A stretch of DNA of 62,390 nt, the filler included, from Streblomastix strix (taxonomy: Eukaryota): NCBI GenBank assembly GCA_008636045.1. It is 2 parts of 2 records of this genome, joined end to end, with 100 filler letters (N's around TTAATTAATTAA, not from the genome) between each part and the next. Parts side by side here need not be neighbours in the genome. Positions count along the whole stretch, not along the records: positions 1 to 31,214 come from SNRW01000085.1; positions 31,315 to 62,390 come from SNRW01000086.1. One strand, written 5' to 3'. The position numbers were made by a program, and so were the translations under genes. Shown in pieces: positions 26,960 through 40,012 of the stretch (position 1 is its first letter; each line of letters opens with the position of its first letter). Under the pieces are notes generated by a model, which saw only the letters and a program-made list of their open reading frames with translations, had not been told where the DNA came from and did not search any database.

Positions 26960-29900
26960 AAAATAAAACTCTAGATGTCTATTGTGATGAGAATCGCCCA
27001 ATTAAAGGATTTTATCTAATTTTTAAGGATAATAACAGTCAATAAGGACTACAACAAACTATATTTCGAAGCTCTTTTCAAGCAAATTTGTCAGAATTTC
27101 AAACTAAAAAAGTAATATTATAGGATGAATTATAAGAAGAAATAATAGATGAAATTCCGAAAAAACAAGATAAACTTTAAAACCTATCATTTCAGGTTCC
27201 GAACCCTTCGGAAGAATGGAGAAAGATGTTAGATGTAAATCTTCTTAATGAAGATATACATTCACTACATTTCCAAACGAATGGAGTCGTGTATGTTCGA
27301 TATCTTCACGTATCTAACATTAGAACAGTTTCACTCGATCATAAATCAGTCTTTCATCACTTGATCGTATATACTCCACATGGAGCATATCTGGCTATCG
27401 AAGTGGAAAATCACTACTATCAATATAGGGCAATGTCACTTGGATGCAAACATTCCCGAAATTCTTTACTCAAGCACTCACCCTTCTTTTAACAGAAATT
27501 CATAAGAGAACAGACTTCAGAATAATCAATTACTCCGACAATACAATTTCTATAAATCATGATTGATATTGGCTATATCTACAAAAATAATATTAATCAG
27601 TACCATAGAACAATTTGGTTAGATAATATCAAGGAATAAAAGTAAATTTAAACAGAAATTGAAAATATATTTCTTCAAATGGACATGGAATTTGATAGAA
27701 ATGAATATTTTCATGACTAAAGATAGAAGACATCAATTAATAGAATAAATTAATCAATTTATTAAGAACATATAAAAACATGAAGTTATCAAGGTAAAAG
27801 AGATATCTGCGTTAATTCGAAGAAAAACTTTCAAAAAACCCAATTTAGGGAATCATCACTCCACTTGATGTAAATAGATTTAACCAAAACTAGTGCAATC
27901 AAAATATAGGCTGAATTTGAATGATGATCTCTCCACTCGAAGCATTGAAAGAATTATGCTGTTGGATTGGGGTTATAGTAAAAAAAATAAAATTAAAAAA
28001 TAATCAAATTCCTCAATTAACGTTATTAAAGCACTTCTCGCCCCAAGAGAGGGTAGCAAATTTCGAACCAGAATTTGCATAGGTTCATATAGCTCCTGGA
28101 GCATATTTAAGCGTCCTGACAGTCGGGATAAGTAATAGGAAAGAACTGCAGGCCATTCACTTAGGAATTATAACTTTCGCAAAAATTTGTAAAGAGCTGC
28201 AGATAACAAATCTCCTGATTTGGTCAGATAACTCTACAGCAGCATTCGATTTATGAAGATTGAGAGCAACAATCACTATTGCACCAACAGTGAAAATAAT
28301 TTTTCTCACTTGCCAACATTTAAATGTGAAAATTATAACATAACATGTTCCAGGAAAAATAAACTAAATAACAGATACTCTTTGAAGATAATGCAGATCA
28401 GGAAACTATTACTTTTAGCAGATCTAATTAGATAAGATTAAAATTATTTTGAAAATTCAATCATTTTTAGATCGATTAGAATCATAAACAACTAAACTAC
28501 TACCTCGCTATGTAACAGATAACATAAGGGATTAAAAAGCCCAATGGATAGACGCATTCTCTAACACATGGACTAACGAGATCCTATTAGTACTACCTCC
28601 AATTCCAATCTTATCAAGAATTTTTTCATAACTTAACAACGAGGCAACTTTAGTAACAGTAATAGCACCATGGTGGCCGGGCCAGCCATGGTTTACAAGC
28701 TTAATGAATCAGTCATGCAAATACCTTATCCTTGGATAGTCAAGCCAATGCCTAGTCAAAGGATCAAGAGTGGAAATCACAAGAAGTCTTTTACCACCTA
28801 GAATGATAACAGCATTCCTTATGGACCAGAAGTGGTAAAAAGAAGAATCTTTTTAACTCAAATATTAGATAGAATTGGAATTTCTAGAGGAGCTTAATTA
28901 TTGTAAATCAATTGATATAGATCTGAAACTCAAAGATATTATTTATATGCTTTGAGAAAATTTGTAGAATTCTCTTACGAACGTAGACTTAATATTAACC
29001 ATCTTCTCTCCAAAAGCCCAGAATTTTTACTTTTTGAAGTCACTAACTGGTTTATAAAATTGAATTCCAGTGCAACATCTGCAAACTCCTTCTAATCTCG
29101 TTCAAACACTATTCTCTCTCTCATCTCTGATATACTATAAATAACATCAACTCCGTCAAAGCTAGCCAATAGAGCATTTTTAAACTGTTAAACTTATAAA
29201 TATAAGGTACTTTAATATATGAGACATTAGATAATTATTTAATTGTTGGCGCTCAAGATCAGAAGAAGAAAACTTATCTAAAATAGAATTATATATAAAA
29301 CTAGCATTTCTATTACTTTCCATATATTTCATCAAAATACACAAGGCTACCGAAATAAGCATAGTTATTTCGATCATATATTATACGAACTAGACAGTAA
29401 TTTTGTGTCTATCACAAAAGTAGATCAATTCGATTGAACAATATGAGATAAGAAGAACAGGAGATCCAAAGGTCTGTCCTAGTTTTTCTTTGTTCATTTA
29501 GCTAAATCGTTTATATTAGCATTATGGGATGTTTTCAAATAATTTTATTTTCAATTTTTGATAACCAAATGGATTACCAGCAGACAAGTAACGATTCAGC
29601 TACTGGCTAAACATCCTATTATGCAAAATCAGTATCTATGGATCAATTATGTATTCCTTTTAACATGCAACAGCGATAGAATTATCAAGACAAGGGTATG
29701 AAATAAAAAAGCTAAGCCATTTTACCTATCATAGCACATTTTCGAGAACAGCAAGTAACTACTATATATACTGGAAATTCTTGGATAAATTAAATCGAAA
29801 CTAAGCTAGTGGGAAATTACGGCTATGGAAACGCAATTTAACCATCTCGTTATAGAGAGATGTAGCAATTGAATGAAATGACATTATTTATTTACTAGGG

Positions 29901-30500
29901 TTATATTTGATTCACTCTGATAATAGTATGCTATCATGTAGTTCATTTTATCAACCTCTTGCCCATATATTCAATGATACCCTACCCGTCGATAGAGAAA
30001 TTGAACCAACAGATAATATAATAGCACGAGGATATAAAATTGATACATTTCAATCTAATAACGATTGAATGTCTAAATTGAAAGACTATGGAAGCAGTGG
30101 TAATGATAATGTAATTGTAGATTGAAAAAGTTTTGATAAGAATAAATAATTTCAGTGAAAAGAAATCAAATAATAATCAATAGTAACACTGAAATTTATA
30201 TCAACGTAAATTATTTTTGTAAAGTTTTTTATAAGAATTTTAATATTCTTATCTTAATCTAGCAAAAACAATAATATTTTGGTGAGTGAGTTTTTCGTTT
30301 AATATTTTCCTCGTATTTAAATTCTTTTTTATTTAATTATATAAATTTCTTAGCTGCTCTTCCAGTAACAGGGATTTTCAGATTCACCGATATTAGAATT
30401 TCATTCTTTCTTTGTTTTTGGATGGCCGACCCTTAGGTATGGACAACTCGTGGAAGCATCCAGTCCCTGCGGCCGAGTGTGGCATTCTTGTAATAAAGAA
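26960..30500 (+). mobile_element. DIRS-type element, 5'-truncated and heavily degenerate (copy 4): RT-RNase H-MT, tyrosine recombinase, terminal hairpin
   Basis: VPNPSEEWRKMLDV, SLDHKSVFHHLIV, YQYRAMSLG, NYSDN (degenerate YxDD), DNSTAAFD, LPPIPIL, IAPWWPGQPWF. YR region ~28830-29770 with YSFQHATA and FTYHS. Terminal motif 30421-30497. Confidence 0.85.
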
Positions 30501-31214
30501 ATTTGAGCAATTAAACTCTGTGATAACATATTATTAAAGGAAAAACGTTGTAATTGAAATCAATTTTTTTAAGTTACTTGATCTGTACAATGTGATTATC
30601 TCATTAATTGATTCAACTTTATCAATATTTGTTTAATAATCATCGGGTTCAACATAAATAAATCCTGGCAAAGTTGGAAATTCGCTGTTCATCTCAGCAA
30701 TGGTAGCTTACTTGTTCAGATATTCACTATTTTTAATGATAAGAAGTTAAAATATAATACAAATGATGTCAATGCTCTTTTTCAAATAAATAAATATATA
30801 TTCAAAGTTAGGGAAACTAAAAACAACTAAAATATGACGAATTTATTTTATTTACAATTTGCATCTGCGATTTGTTGGGTAAATAATTAAAAAAAATATA
30901 AAAATTTTAATAAATAAATTTTTATTTCTGCAGACATTATAGAAATAAACTAAATTCAATACTTAAATATTGGGGATGCCAAAGTGACCCAGAGGGTTTT
31001 GGATGGGTGGGTCGGTTAGAGTTCTGTGGGTAAGAATAAATATATGATATTGCAAAAATAGCGTTTTACTTTATGCTGAAAAAATTGAAAAAAGAAAAAA
31101 AAATAAAATAAAATATCAAATTTTTTTAATTGTTCAGATTTGATTAATAATATATAAAATATATTTTAATATTTATATATAATATGTTTGTATACATTTA
31201 AATAATAAATATAG

Positions 31215-31314
31215 NNNNNNNNNNNNNNNNNNNNNNNNNNNNNNNNNNNNNNNNNNNNTTAATTAATTAANNNNNNNNNNNNNNNNNNNNNNNNNNNNNN
31301 NNNNNNNNNNNNNN
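31215..31314. other. Artificial contig-joining linker
   Basis: Exactly 44 N + TTAATTAATTAA + 44 N = 100 bp, a standard six-frame-stop spacer. Confidence 0.93.
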
Positions 31315-31485
31315 TCTTTCAGTCGATATTATTAAATAAATGTAGCCAATATCTAACTCCTCTAATTAAATTAACATATATTTAATATCGCCAACCACGA
31401 AATAAATGATTTTTCATAAATATCAATTTTTCTACTCTTTTTTATAATTATAATGTAAGTTATTTATTTTCACATAGTTTAATAA

Positions 31486-32975
31486 ATGGATAGGCCTGCA
31501 AGAGCACAGACTGAGCGTGTTGTTGAGACTCATGCTGCGCATGAGTTGGACTACAATATTTGGTTCCACAAATATCTAGGTGAAGAGAAAGAAGTTCTTA
31601 AGTTTGAATCTGCTATTTAAATTTAATTTATTAATACAAATGAATTTTAAATTATTTAGGAAAAAGTCTCTAACACGTTGTGATCCAGAAAAAGACAGTG
31701 GATTTACAGATGGAAATAAAATGAAAAACACTCGTATTTGCTTGTTCTTTGCACGAGGGAGTTGCGTGCTTGTATGTTATTTATTTTGTATTTAAATTAT
31801 TTATTATTCCAATCAGGGTAAGAAATGCCACTACTTGCACAAGATCCCTGGAGCTGATGATGAGTAATTTTAAGAGCTGATGCATGACTGCTTTGGACGT
31901 GAGCGTCATCGTACGGATAAGGAAGACATGAGTGGTGTGGGTTCATTCAGCAGAGAATGTAAAACTCTATTCATTACAGGAGCAACAATTAGAGGAGAAT
32001 TAGAAACATAAGAGATTCTCACTCGTCACTTCAGTAAATTTGGTGAAATAACCAAAAGTTTGATTTTTATTATATTCTTATTTATGGTTAATTATTTATT
32101 TTTATGTTTATATATCAGTCCGTGTTATTGAAACTAAAAATATTTGCTTCATCACTTATAAATATAGAAGTTAAGCAGAGTTTGCAAAAGAAGCAATGTA
32201 AAATCAATCATTAGATGATAATGAATTGCTTGATGTTAAATGGGCAACTGAAAAAGATTCATAAACAAAAAAAGATACATTGGTTGATTAATAAAGAGTG
32301 CTTGATGTTTGTATTTAATATTTTCATATCATTTATTAATTTTATTTATATTCAAAGGCGATTGAATAGAAACTTCTTTCGAATAATAAATCGGGATCAA
32401 GTTCTAATGAAGAAGCAAGAAATATGATGGCAAGTGTTGTAGGAGCTAAAGAATATATTGGAAATGAAATTGCTATTGAATAATCTAAGGAAATGAAAGA
32501 AGTTAAAGAATCAAATTCATTGAACAATGGAACAAATCCATAATTGCAACCTTATTCATATTAATAATAATAATAAATTAATGGAGTATAATTGTCTCAG
32601 ATGAATCTTATTCCTCCAATTCCGCCAATCCCACCGAAACCACCTTCATTCTTTAGTCGTTTAACATAAGATGTTATCATTGCTGTTTGTATGATGCCTT
32701 TTGATGATGAAATGAATACTAATAGTATTATAAATTAAAAATCAAAATTAATAGATGAATCTAATGGATATATTAGAACTTCTGAACAATAGAATGTGGA
32801 TAAAGACTAAATTAAAGAGGATGATAATTTTGAATAAGAATAATCAACATTGAATAATACTTAAGCTTTAAAAAGAAAAAGAACAGATCTTAGTGAAAAT
32901 GATGATAATCATTAAGAAAAAGAATAAAATATGGAAGAAGGACAAAGTAACAGAAAAAGAAGTAGACTGGAATGA
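31486..32975 (+). CDS. CWC2: Pre-mRNA splicing factor Cwc2 (Torus, CCCH zinc finger, RRM), multi-exon
   Basis: MDRPARAQ, DYNIWFHKYLG, TRCDPEKDSGFTDG, ICLFFARGSC, CHYLHKIP, DCFGRERHRTDKEDMSGVGSF, AEFAKEAMQNQSL, LDVKWA. About four GT-AG introns; ends in TGA. Confidence 0.92.
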
Positions 32976-33203
32976 AAGTGAAATATTTCAAAATTTTTAA
33001 CAAATTTTATTCATTTCATACAAAGTATTTATAATTTAACATTATACCAATTATAAATTAATAAAATATATAATAATTCTAAATATTAATCTTAGTTTTA
33101 TTTTTCTTATGAATTGAAATGACTGAAATATTATTTGAATTTGTATTATTAATAATAATAGAATAAATTTTGAAGAATCTTATATAAATTATTTCAAATA
33201 ACA

Positions 33204-33761
33204 TCATGCAGATAGAAATCCACTGTCTATATTTGAGATTGCCAAGGAAAGTTTCTCATAAAATATTTCATAAGTAGTATAAATGGGTATGTCTATTGTA
33301 TTTGTACATGTATGTGAAGTCGGCAATTTCATTTGAGAATAACTTTATCCATTTTATGCTATAGATGATTATGATGATGAAGAAGAAGATTATGATGATG
33401 AAGAAGAAGAAGAAGAAGATTATGATGATGAAGAAGAAGATTATGATGATGAAGAAGAAGATTATGATGATGAAGAAGAAGAAGATTACGATGACGAAAC
33501 GTTAAATGTTGATAATGGAAAAGAAATTAATTCTGAAGGAAGTTATGTTTAAGTTGAATATGGAGATATCTATACTTATTATGATGGAGCCATTCTCAGA
33601 GGATGATTATGAAGTAATTGAAGTGGAGAATGATGGAGAGTTTAATGAACTGAATTAATAATTGATTAAGGATTGTTTCTATTATGAATCAAAGATGAGT
33701 TTTGTTAATTGTTTTATTGTTATGAATTTATTGAATCAAACTGAGTTAAACTATTATTACT

Positions 33762-33802
<41 letters not shown>

Positions 33803-36800
33803 TATCATCTGTGCTATCATCTTCAGAAATTGAAAAATGTGAATTAGAACCTTATATACAAATTTAAGAAGATTATTGAGTTTAGATTGTGTTATTATCA
33901 TCTTCTAAAATAGGTGTACTAATTCTAATATTATGGATTGGTTGAATAATCTCTAACTAATGATTATCTGGTTGAATAAGTTCTTATAAATTATTATCAA
34001 CAGTATTATTGGGATGATCTATTACAATTTATAGACTAGTATTTAATTATGTTCGAAAATTAGTTTATTCATTTGAATGCTGAGATTAATTATTAGAATT
34101 AAAATTTTATTAATTTTCACTTTATTATATTCCACAATCACTTAATGTTCTCCTATGTCTTTAATTACTTTAAATTTCTGATCTGGACAAATTTGATTGT
34201 TGGTTGACAACATTGGAAGGTGGAGAAGAAAGATTATTCCTTGAATGTGTAGATTACTAAATTGAATTTAAATGAGATGTCTAATTAATTTATATTAAAG
34301 GAGGTGAATTAATAATATTTATTGGATGAGTAGATTGTAGTTAAGGAGATGAAGATATTAAAGGAATATTATGAATATTATTAGATTAAGATTAAGATTA
34401 AGATTAATAAGAAAGAATAATAGGAGAAATTGGAGTTGGTATTCTATGAGAAATAGAAGAAGATATTCTTGGGGAAAAAGGATAAGGTATTCTAGGATAT
34501 ATTTCTAAGGAGTGCATAGAATCACCAGAATATATAATAGGAGATTATATTGGAGATTATATTGGATGTATTGATTGGAATCGATGAGATATAATTGAAT
34601 AACTACTATAATCAGTTTCAATAGAGTTATCTGAATATATTTCTTATAATGAATCTGGTGAAACAGACCTTAAATGTCTAATTTCATTATTATTATTATT
34701 ATTATTGTTGTTATTATTGTTGATAAATTATAAAGAAATTCTCTCATCTCTAGCTTCCATATTTCTAAAATATTATTCTCTTTATATAATTGAATTTTAT
34801 TATTATTAACTATTAGAACTTTATTATCTATTTTATTACTATTATTATTATTACTATTATTATTACTATTATTATTATTACTATTATTAATTCCTTAATT
34901 CATTTCTTTATTATCTTCTTTATTCATTTCTTTATTATCTTCTTTCTATTCTTTCTCTTTCTCTTCTTTCTCTTTCAATTCTTTCTCTTTCCAATCTTTA
35001 ATTATCAGCTAAGTTTCTTCTTCTATCAAATATTGACATAAATGAATTATTGAATTCATGAATATGACCATCTATGTTATACAATCCTAATTCATGTTGT
35101 CTTCGATCAATTGAATCACAGTTCTCCCAATTAATACGGAATAGTCCACTTTAATGTCTTTATCCAAGTTCAGCAAATCCACCAAAAGGAGGAAATATTA
35201 ATCCTGTTGTAAATTGGAGAAGTTAAACTCTTTATTTTTCACTGAATTTCTCTCTCACTATTTTCCAGAACCATTCTTTGTTAGGTTTCCCATTTAATGA
35301 TGCACCTGAATATCTCGTATTCTTCTCCCAATCATCAATATCTATCTTATCATATCCTGTAATTATTAATTCTAAATCATTTGGAGTTAATTATATTGCA
35401 CTTATTCTCTCTTCATAATCAACTGGACTTTGATTTGATTAATTATTGGCATTATTATCTTAATTATGTGATGAAATTGATTTAATTATATTATTCTATT
35501 TTGTTTATATCTTATTTTAAGCGGATTTATTTTATTTTTTTTCTTTTTCAATATTGATTTCTTTCAATTGTTCTTATTTTTCTTGTTTTTACTATTATTG
35601 ATCATTTACTTTATTCCTATGAATAATAGTATGATCTGAGAGAAGATAATTAAATGCTTATGCATCTTGAAATCCTCTACAAATAGCTGTTATTTACATT
35701 TAAGATGTTTCTGATCCAAAAATATATCTCCTTGAATATAACTCAACATATTCCATTTTGTTCTTCTCCGTTACTGATATATTTTCTCCATTTAACTTAA
35801 GTGGAATTGTTTATTATAGGTTATATTAGTTTGAAGAAGATGAAGATGAAGAAGAAGAAGAAGATGAAGTAAATTAGTTTTTTTATTTCTTTCCTACATT
35901 TATATTTTTATCTTTCGATGATTATTTCTCTGATTCTTTCTCTTTTTACTATTTTTCAACTAAATTTTAATTTGTCTCATTATTAATAGTAATTTCAAAA
36001 TTAGTCATCAATTATTCGCCTCCTCCAACTACTGATATAATCTATCTCATACTTTATGCTAATTATTTACCATCTTATCCAACATCCTCTAATGAAGGAG
36101 CTTATCCCATTAATATCCTCCATAGACTGTTCTCAAGTCTGCATTTAACTCTAACCTTCAACTAAAGTGCATAAGAGTACATTACTCCCACTGTCCAAAA
36201 TGGTAGAAATATTTCCTCTATTTCTTATGATGTTAGTTCTCTTGGAGGCATTGAGTTCCAAGTAATGTTTTACTTAACTGATCTAATAGGAGCCAACGGA
36301 CTTCTTCTGAACATGCCAATTCCTTCCTATTCATTTCCCCACACAATTAATTTCCCTTTCTAATTTCTTCTTCTGAATATCCTACTCTCCTATTTCATAG
36401 CTTCTTAGAAATATATAGTTATCCATTCTCTTTTAATTCCTCCTTAATCAATTCCACTTTCATATTTAAAGTCACAATCTGGAACACAACATAATCTTTA
36501 TTCGTTATGAAGTCTCCAAAGTTACTTCTCAGTTGTTTCAAGGATGTTATTTCTGTCAATTGAGACATTTCCTCCGCCTCGAATATATGAGTTAATTGGT
36601 GGAACTCGGGATAGTTGTGGATTTTATGGTGCAAACTCTGCCATTTGAGTCTGAACTTATCTTACAGCTCTTAAGAAACGCTCATTTGCATTATCAGCTT
36701 GGGCAATTGATAGTTTATCCTAAGGAGATAACTTTATATTTCCAGATATATTTATAGGTTGGTGCAATCTTTCTCTTACATTACGTATATTCTCCAGTTA

Positions 36801-38423
36801 ATGGACTGCATTCATAAGATCAACATGCGCTAATCGAACTTCATTGACAAGCCAGTTTGTGTATCTTAATCTCCCAGATGCTAATTTCACTTTCCCATTA
36901 ATTAATAAATTTAGCCGATCATTGAAGCGTTGTATCCGAATTTAACTTTCTCTATCTTCTTCTTCAAATGTTTCATTCTCAACATTTCTTAATAATTAAG
37001 ATAGCTTCATTTCTAGGAATAATCTTGATGTGGTTGAATAAAAAGGTTCATATTAATTATCTTTTAATTCTTCATTTGTTTAAATTAATGAAGATGAAGA
37101 AGATGATGATTAAGAAGAAAATGAGGGAATTAATTATTTTTATGTTTCTTTAATCTTATCTTCTTTTATATCATTCTATTAATTCATAAGTTAACAAAAG
37201 AATTCGTGCGTCTCAAGCAGTTAATGAGCAATGTCTTTGTCGCAGAATGAGCAAAATACGCTGATAAGTGAATCTGCCTTCAAATCTATTCCATATTAAT
37301 TATCATCTTCATCATTTTCATTCATTTCACTTCCAGTAGGTGAATGAAAATGTATTTAATCAAAGCGATGAAGAGAATCAAGTAATATTCGATAAATATT
37401 CGAATCATTGTCTATATTAATTTCGTGGTTTTATGTTCCTGGTTAAATTCTTCGTATTAAAGGAATATTTGATATTCTTAAAAATCTTCCAGGTTAATAT
37501 GAATCTTATATTGTATTATTAACTTAATGATTATTGTTTGTTATAGAAGAAGATTATTGTTATATTTATATTGATTAGTTATTTGGAATTGGATTTTGAG
37601 CTTAAAGAATAGATGTAGGACGATGATGTTATTATAAAATTGGTAAAGGTAATAGATTATGATTATTCAATTATTATGTGTTTTGGGATAATACAGAAAT
37701 TGTAGGTTGAAGTTAAATATTATTTTGTGATTATAAATTAATTGTATTTGTGGACGTTTGATATGGAATATTATATTATGAATTAATGACAACAGGGATT
37801 GGTTATTATAACTGAATTTAGTTTGGAATTTATTAATTATAATTAATAGCTGGAGCTGGAAGAACTGTTGAATAATTTGGATCATTTGTTTATTGGTATT
37901 GAATTCCGAAATCTTAGTTTTATTAAGTAGGATAAATCTATGGTTGCAATTAATACATCGGTTACTAATTATAGGTCAATGGATATTAATAAATATTTTA
38001 TTAATAATATTAAGAAGGATAATTTTAGAAAAATTGAGGTTGTTACAGAGCAACAGTTGGAGGAATTGCAAGTGGTTAATTTTGATTTGGCTGTTAATTC
38101 TATTAATCTATATAAAACTCGTTTTCAATACTCTATTCCATATATGGCTCTTGATATTATTCCTAATTTCCTTATAAATAAGATTCTTATGGAGCAAATT
38201 GTTAGCTAGTTTAATTATAAGAATAATCTTCCTAATAGATTGTAGGTTACTCGCTGAACGTAGGTGTAAGTGGGAAAATGGTACTAACAGGTGGTTGAGA
38301 ATTTTAGATAGAAAACTGTTATTGTTCTAAATTAACTGGTTATATCGTCAATTGCGCTGCAGTTAATCTTCTTTAATTTTGAGGAATAAAAGCTCCTGCT
38401 TTTGGATTCATTTTATGCGACAT
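33204..38423 (-). CDS. HECT-domain E3 ubiquitin ligase with large low-complexity insertions (~1739 aa)
   Basis: The 5220-nt span is a whole number of codons. HECT motifs PLKLNGENISVTEKNKMEYVE, LELIITGYDKIDIDDWEKNTRYSG, EWFWKIVREKFS, LLQFTTGLIFPPFGGF, KLPTSHTCTNTIDIPIY (catalytic Cys), KLSLAI. Confidence 0.9.
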
Positions 38424-38746
38424 ATTTCTTGATAAAAAAAATTAAATATAATTATTATATTAATATAAATATCACCAAATAATATAGATAATTTGATTGG
38501 GTGATTAATTTTTCAAAAAATAAAAATTCGCAAAAAAAAGTTGAATGATCTCGTGGAAAGAATATTATTAACCATTAAATTATAATCAAGTCAATGTATA
38601 TAAAAAATCTAATATCACATATAATCATACCAAATTTACTGATCTGTCAAAAATTTGTCTTTGCTTCTCAAAAAACCATTGGAATTTTTTATTTTGAATA
38701 AACTAGTTAAACAATTAAAAATAATGATTAAAATTACTTGCTAAAA

Positions 38747-39800
38747 TCAGAAAAAAGCGAATGATCTTAAAGCTCTACTATAAGATGAAAGTGCTTCTTC
38801 TAAAAGATTTTCATTGGGTAAAGCATTCATGTTTAATCTATTTGAATAATCGTCTTCAATTCGCTCACTATCATAATTAAATTGATTTTAAGTATTTGTT
38901 TTCCGATTTCTATCATATATTTTCTCATTTTCATACATACTTTCAATTCTTTATCTTTCCTTTAATCTGTCTTTCTTTCTCTCATTATCTTCATCTTCGC
39001 ATCTTTATAGACATGCAATTTCAGATCTTCTTCTCTTCTCCTATTCAGAAGCCAATATTATTGCATCTCTTGATTATAAGAAGCCATTACTGTCAAATGC
39101 TCTGATTCCTCCATAACTTCTAACATACATAATCGCCTTATTATGATCTTTATCTTATTATCTCAATTAATACTCTCTCTCGGCTTTATTCATTAATATT
39201 GGAGGCATTTACATTCTTTATGTAACAACTGGTCCAATAGAAAGTGCGGGTTATGGAGAAGATATAAAAAATTGTTTAATTCCTTCTTATCTCTTTTTAA
39301 TATTTGAATTATCATGACTTAGATCTTGTGCATCTATTACTATTTCTCTTTCATCTTCAATATATTCAGTCTAAGTACTTTATTCGCTTTTTTCATTCTC
39401 ATTATCAATGATTTATGTGTATCTACTTTATTTCTATAATTATTCTAATTCTTTCTTTAACGAAGAAATACTTGTTTCAAGCTATTTTTATTTTTATTCT
39501 TATGATTTCCTTTTATTAACTTCTTTTCTATCAAAATTAAATTCCAATTAGTTATTATCGTGTATATATCTACTTGAATTATGTCTATAAATAGGATTTT
39601 ATCTTGAATCTCTTTTATCTCCAACATATTTCTCTGTTAACTTACGTAATTTCTAGCATTCAACCTTCAAATCAGCATAGGTATCTAAAAATTCAATATC
39701 TTCGTCCATTATCTTATATATCTATTGAAAAAATAAATGAATTTGAGAAAATAAAAAATTACCATACAAATTATAAGTGTTTTACTAAAAGAAAAACCAT
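38747..39800 (-). CDS. Hypothetical charged/coiled-coil protein
   Basis: ATG 39800, probable intron ~39705-39761, long TAR=Gln frame. 3' end and exon structure uncertain. Confidence 0.45.
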
Positions 39801-40012
39801 TTTTACATTAAAAGTAAATATATACAGTAATTTTTAACAAATACACTAACTCAAACATATATTTATCTAATTTTCATGGTTGAATTCAAAAAAAATTAAA
39901 AAATTATTTTATATAGTCTTATTTTAAAACCGAGGAGTTTCGGATTTGTTTTTTAAAATGAAATATAGCATAAATTTATTAAAATACTTCACCCAATACA
40001 ATAAAAATAAAT

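Noticed and set aside
30970..31032. G-quadruplex or telomere-like patch
   Set aside because: Irregular short G-runs, no tandem unit and no further support.
33662..33847. Poly-His protein on the plus strand
   Set aside because: Antisense shadow of a poly-Asp (GAT) tract in the HECT gene.
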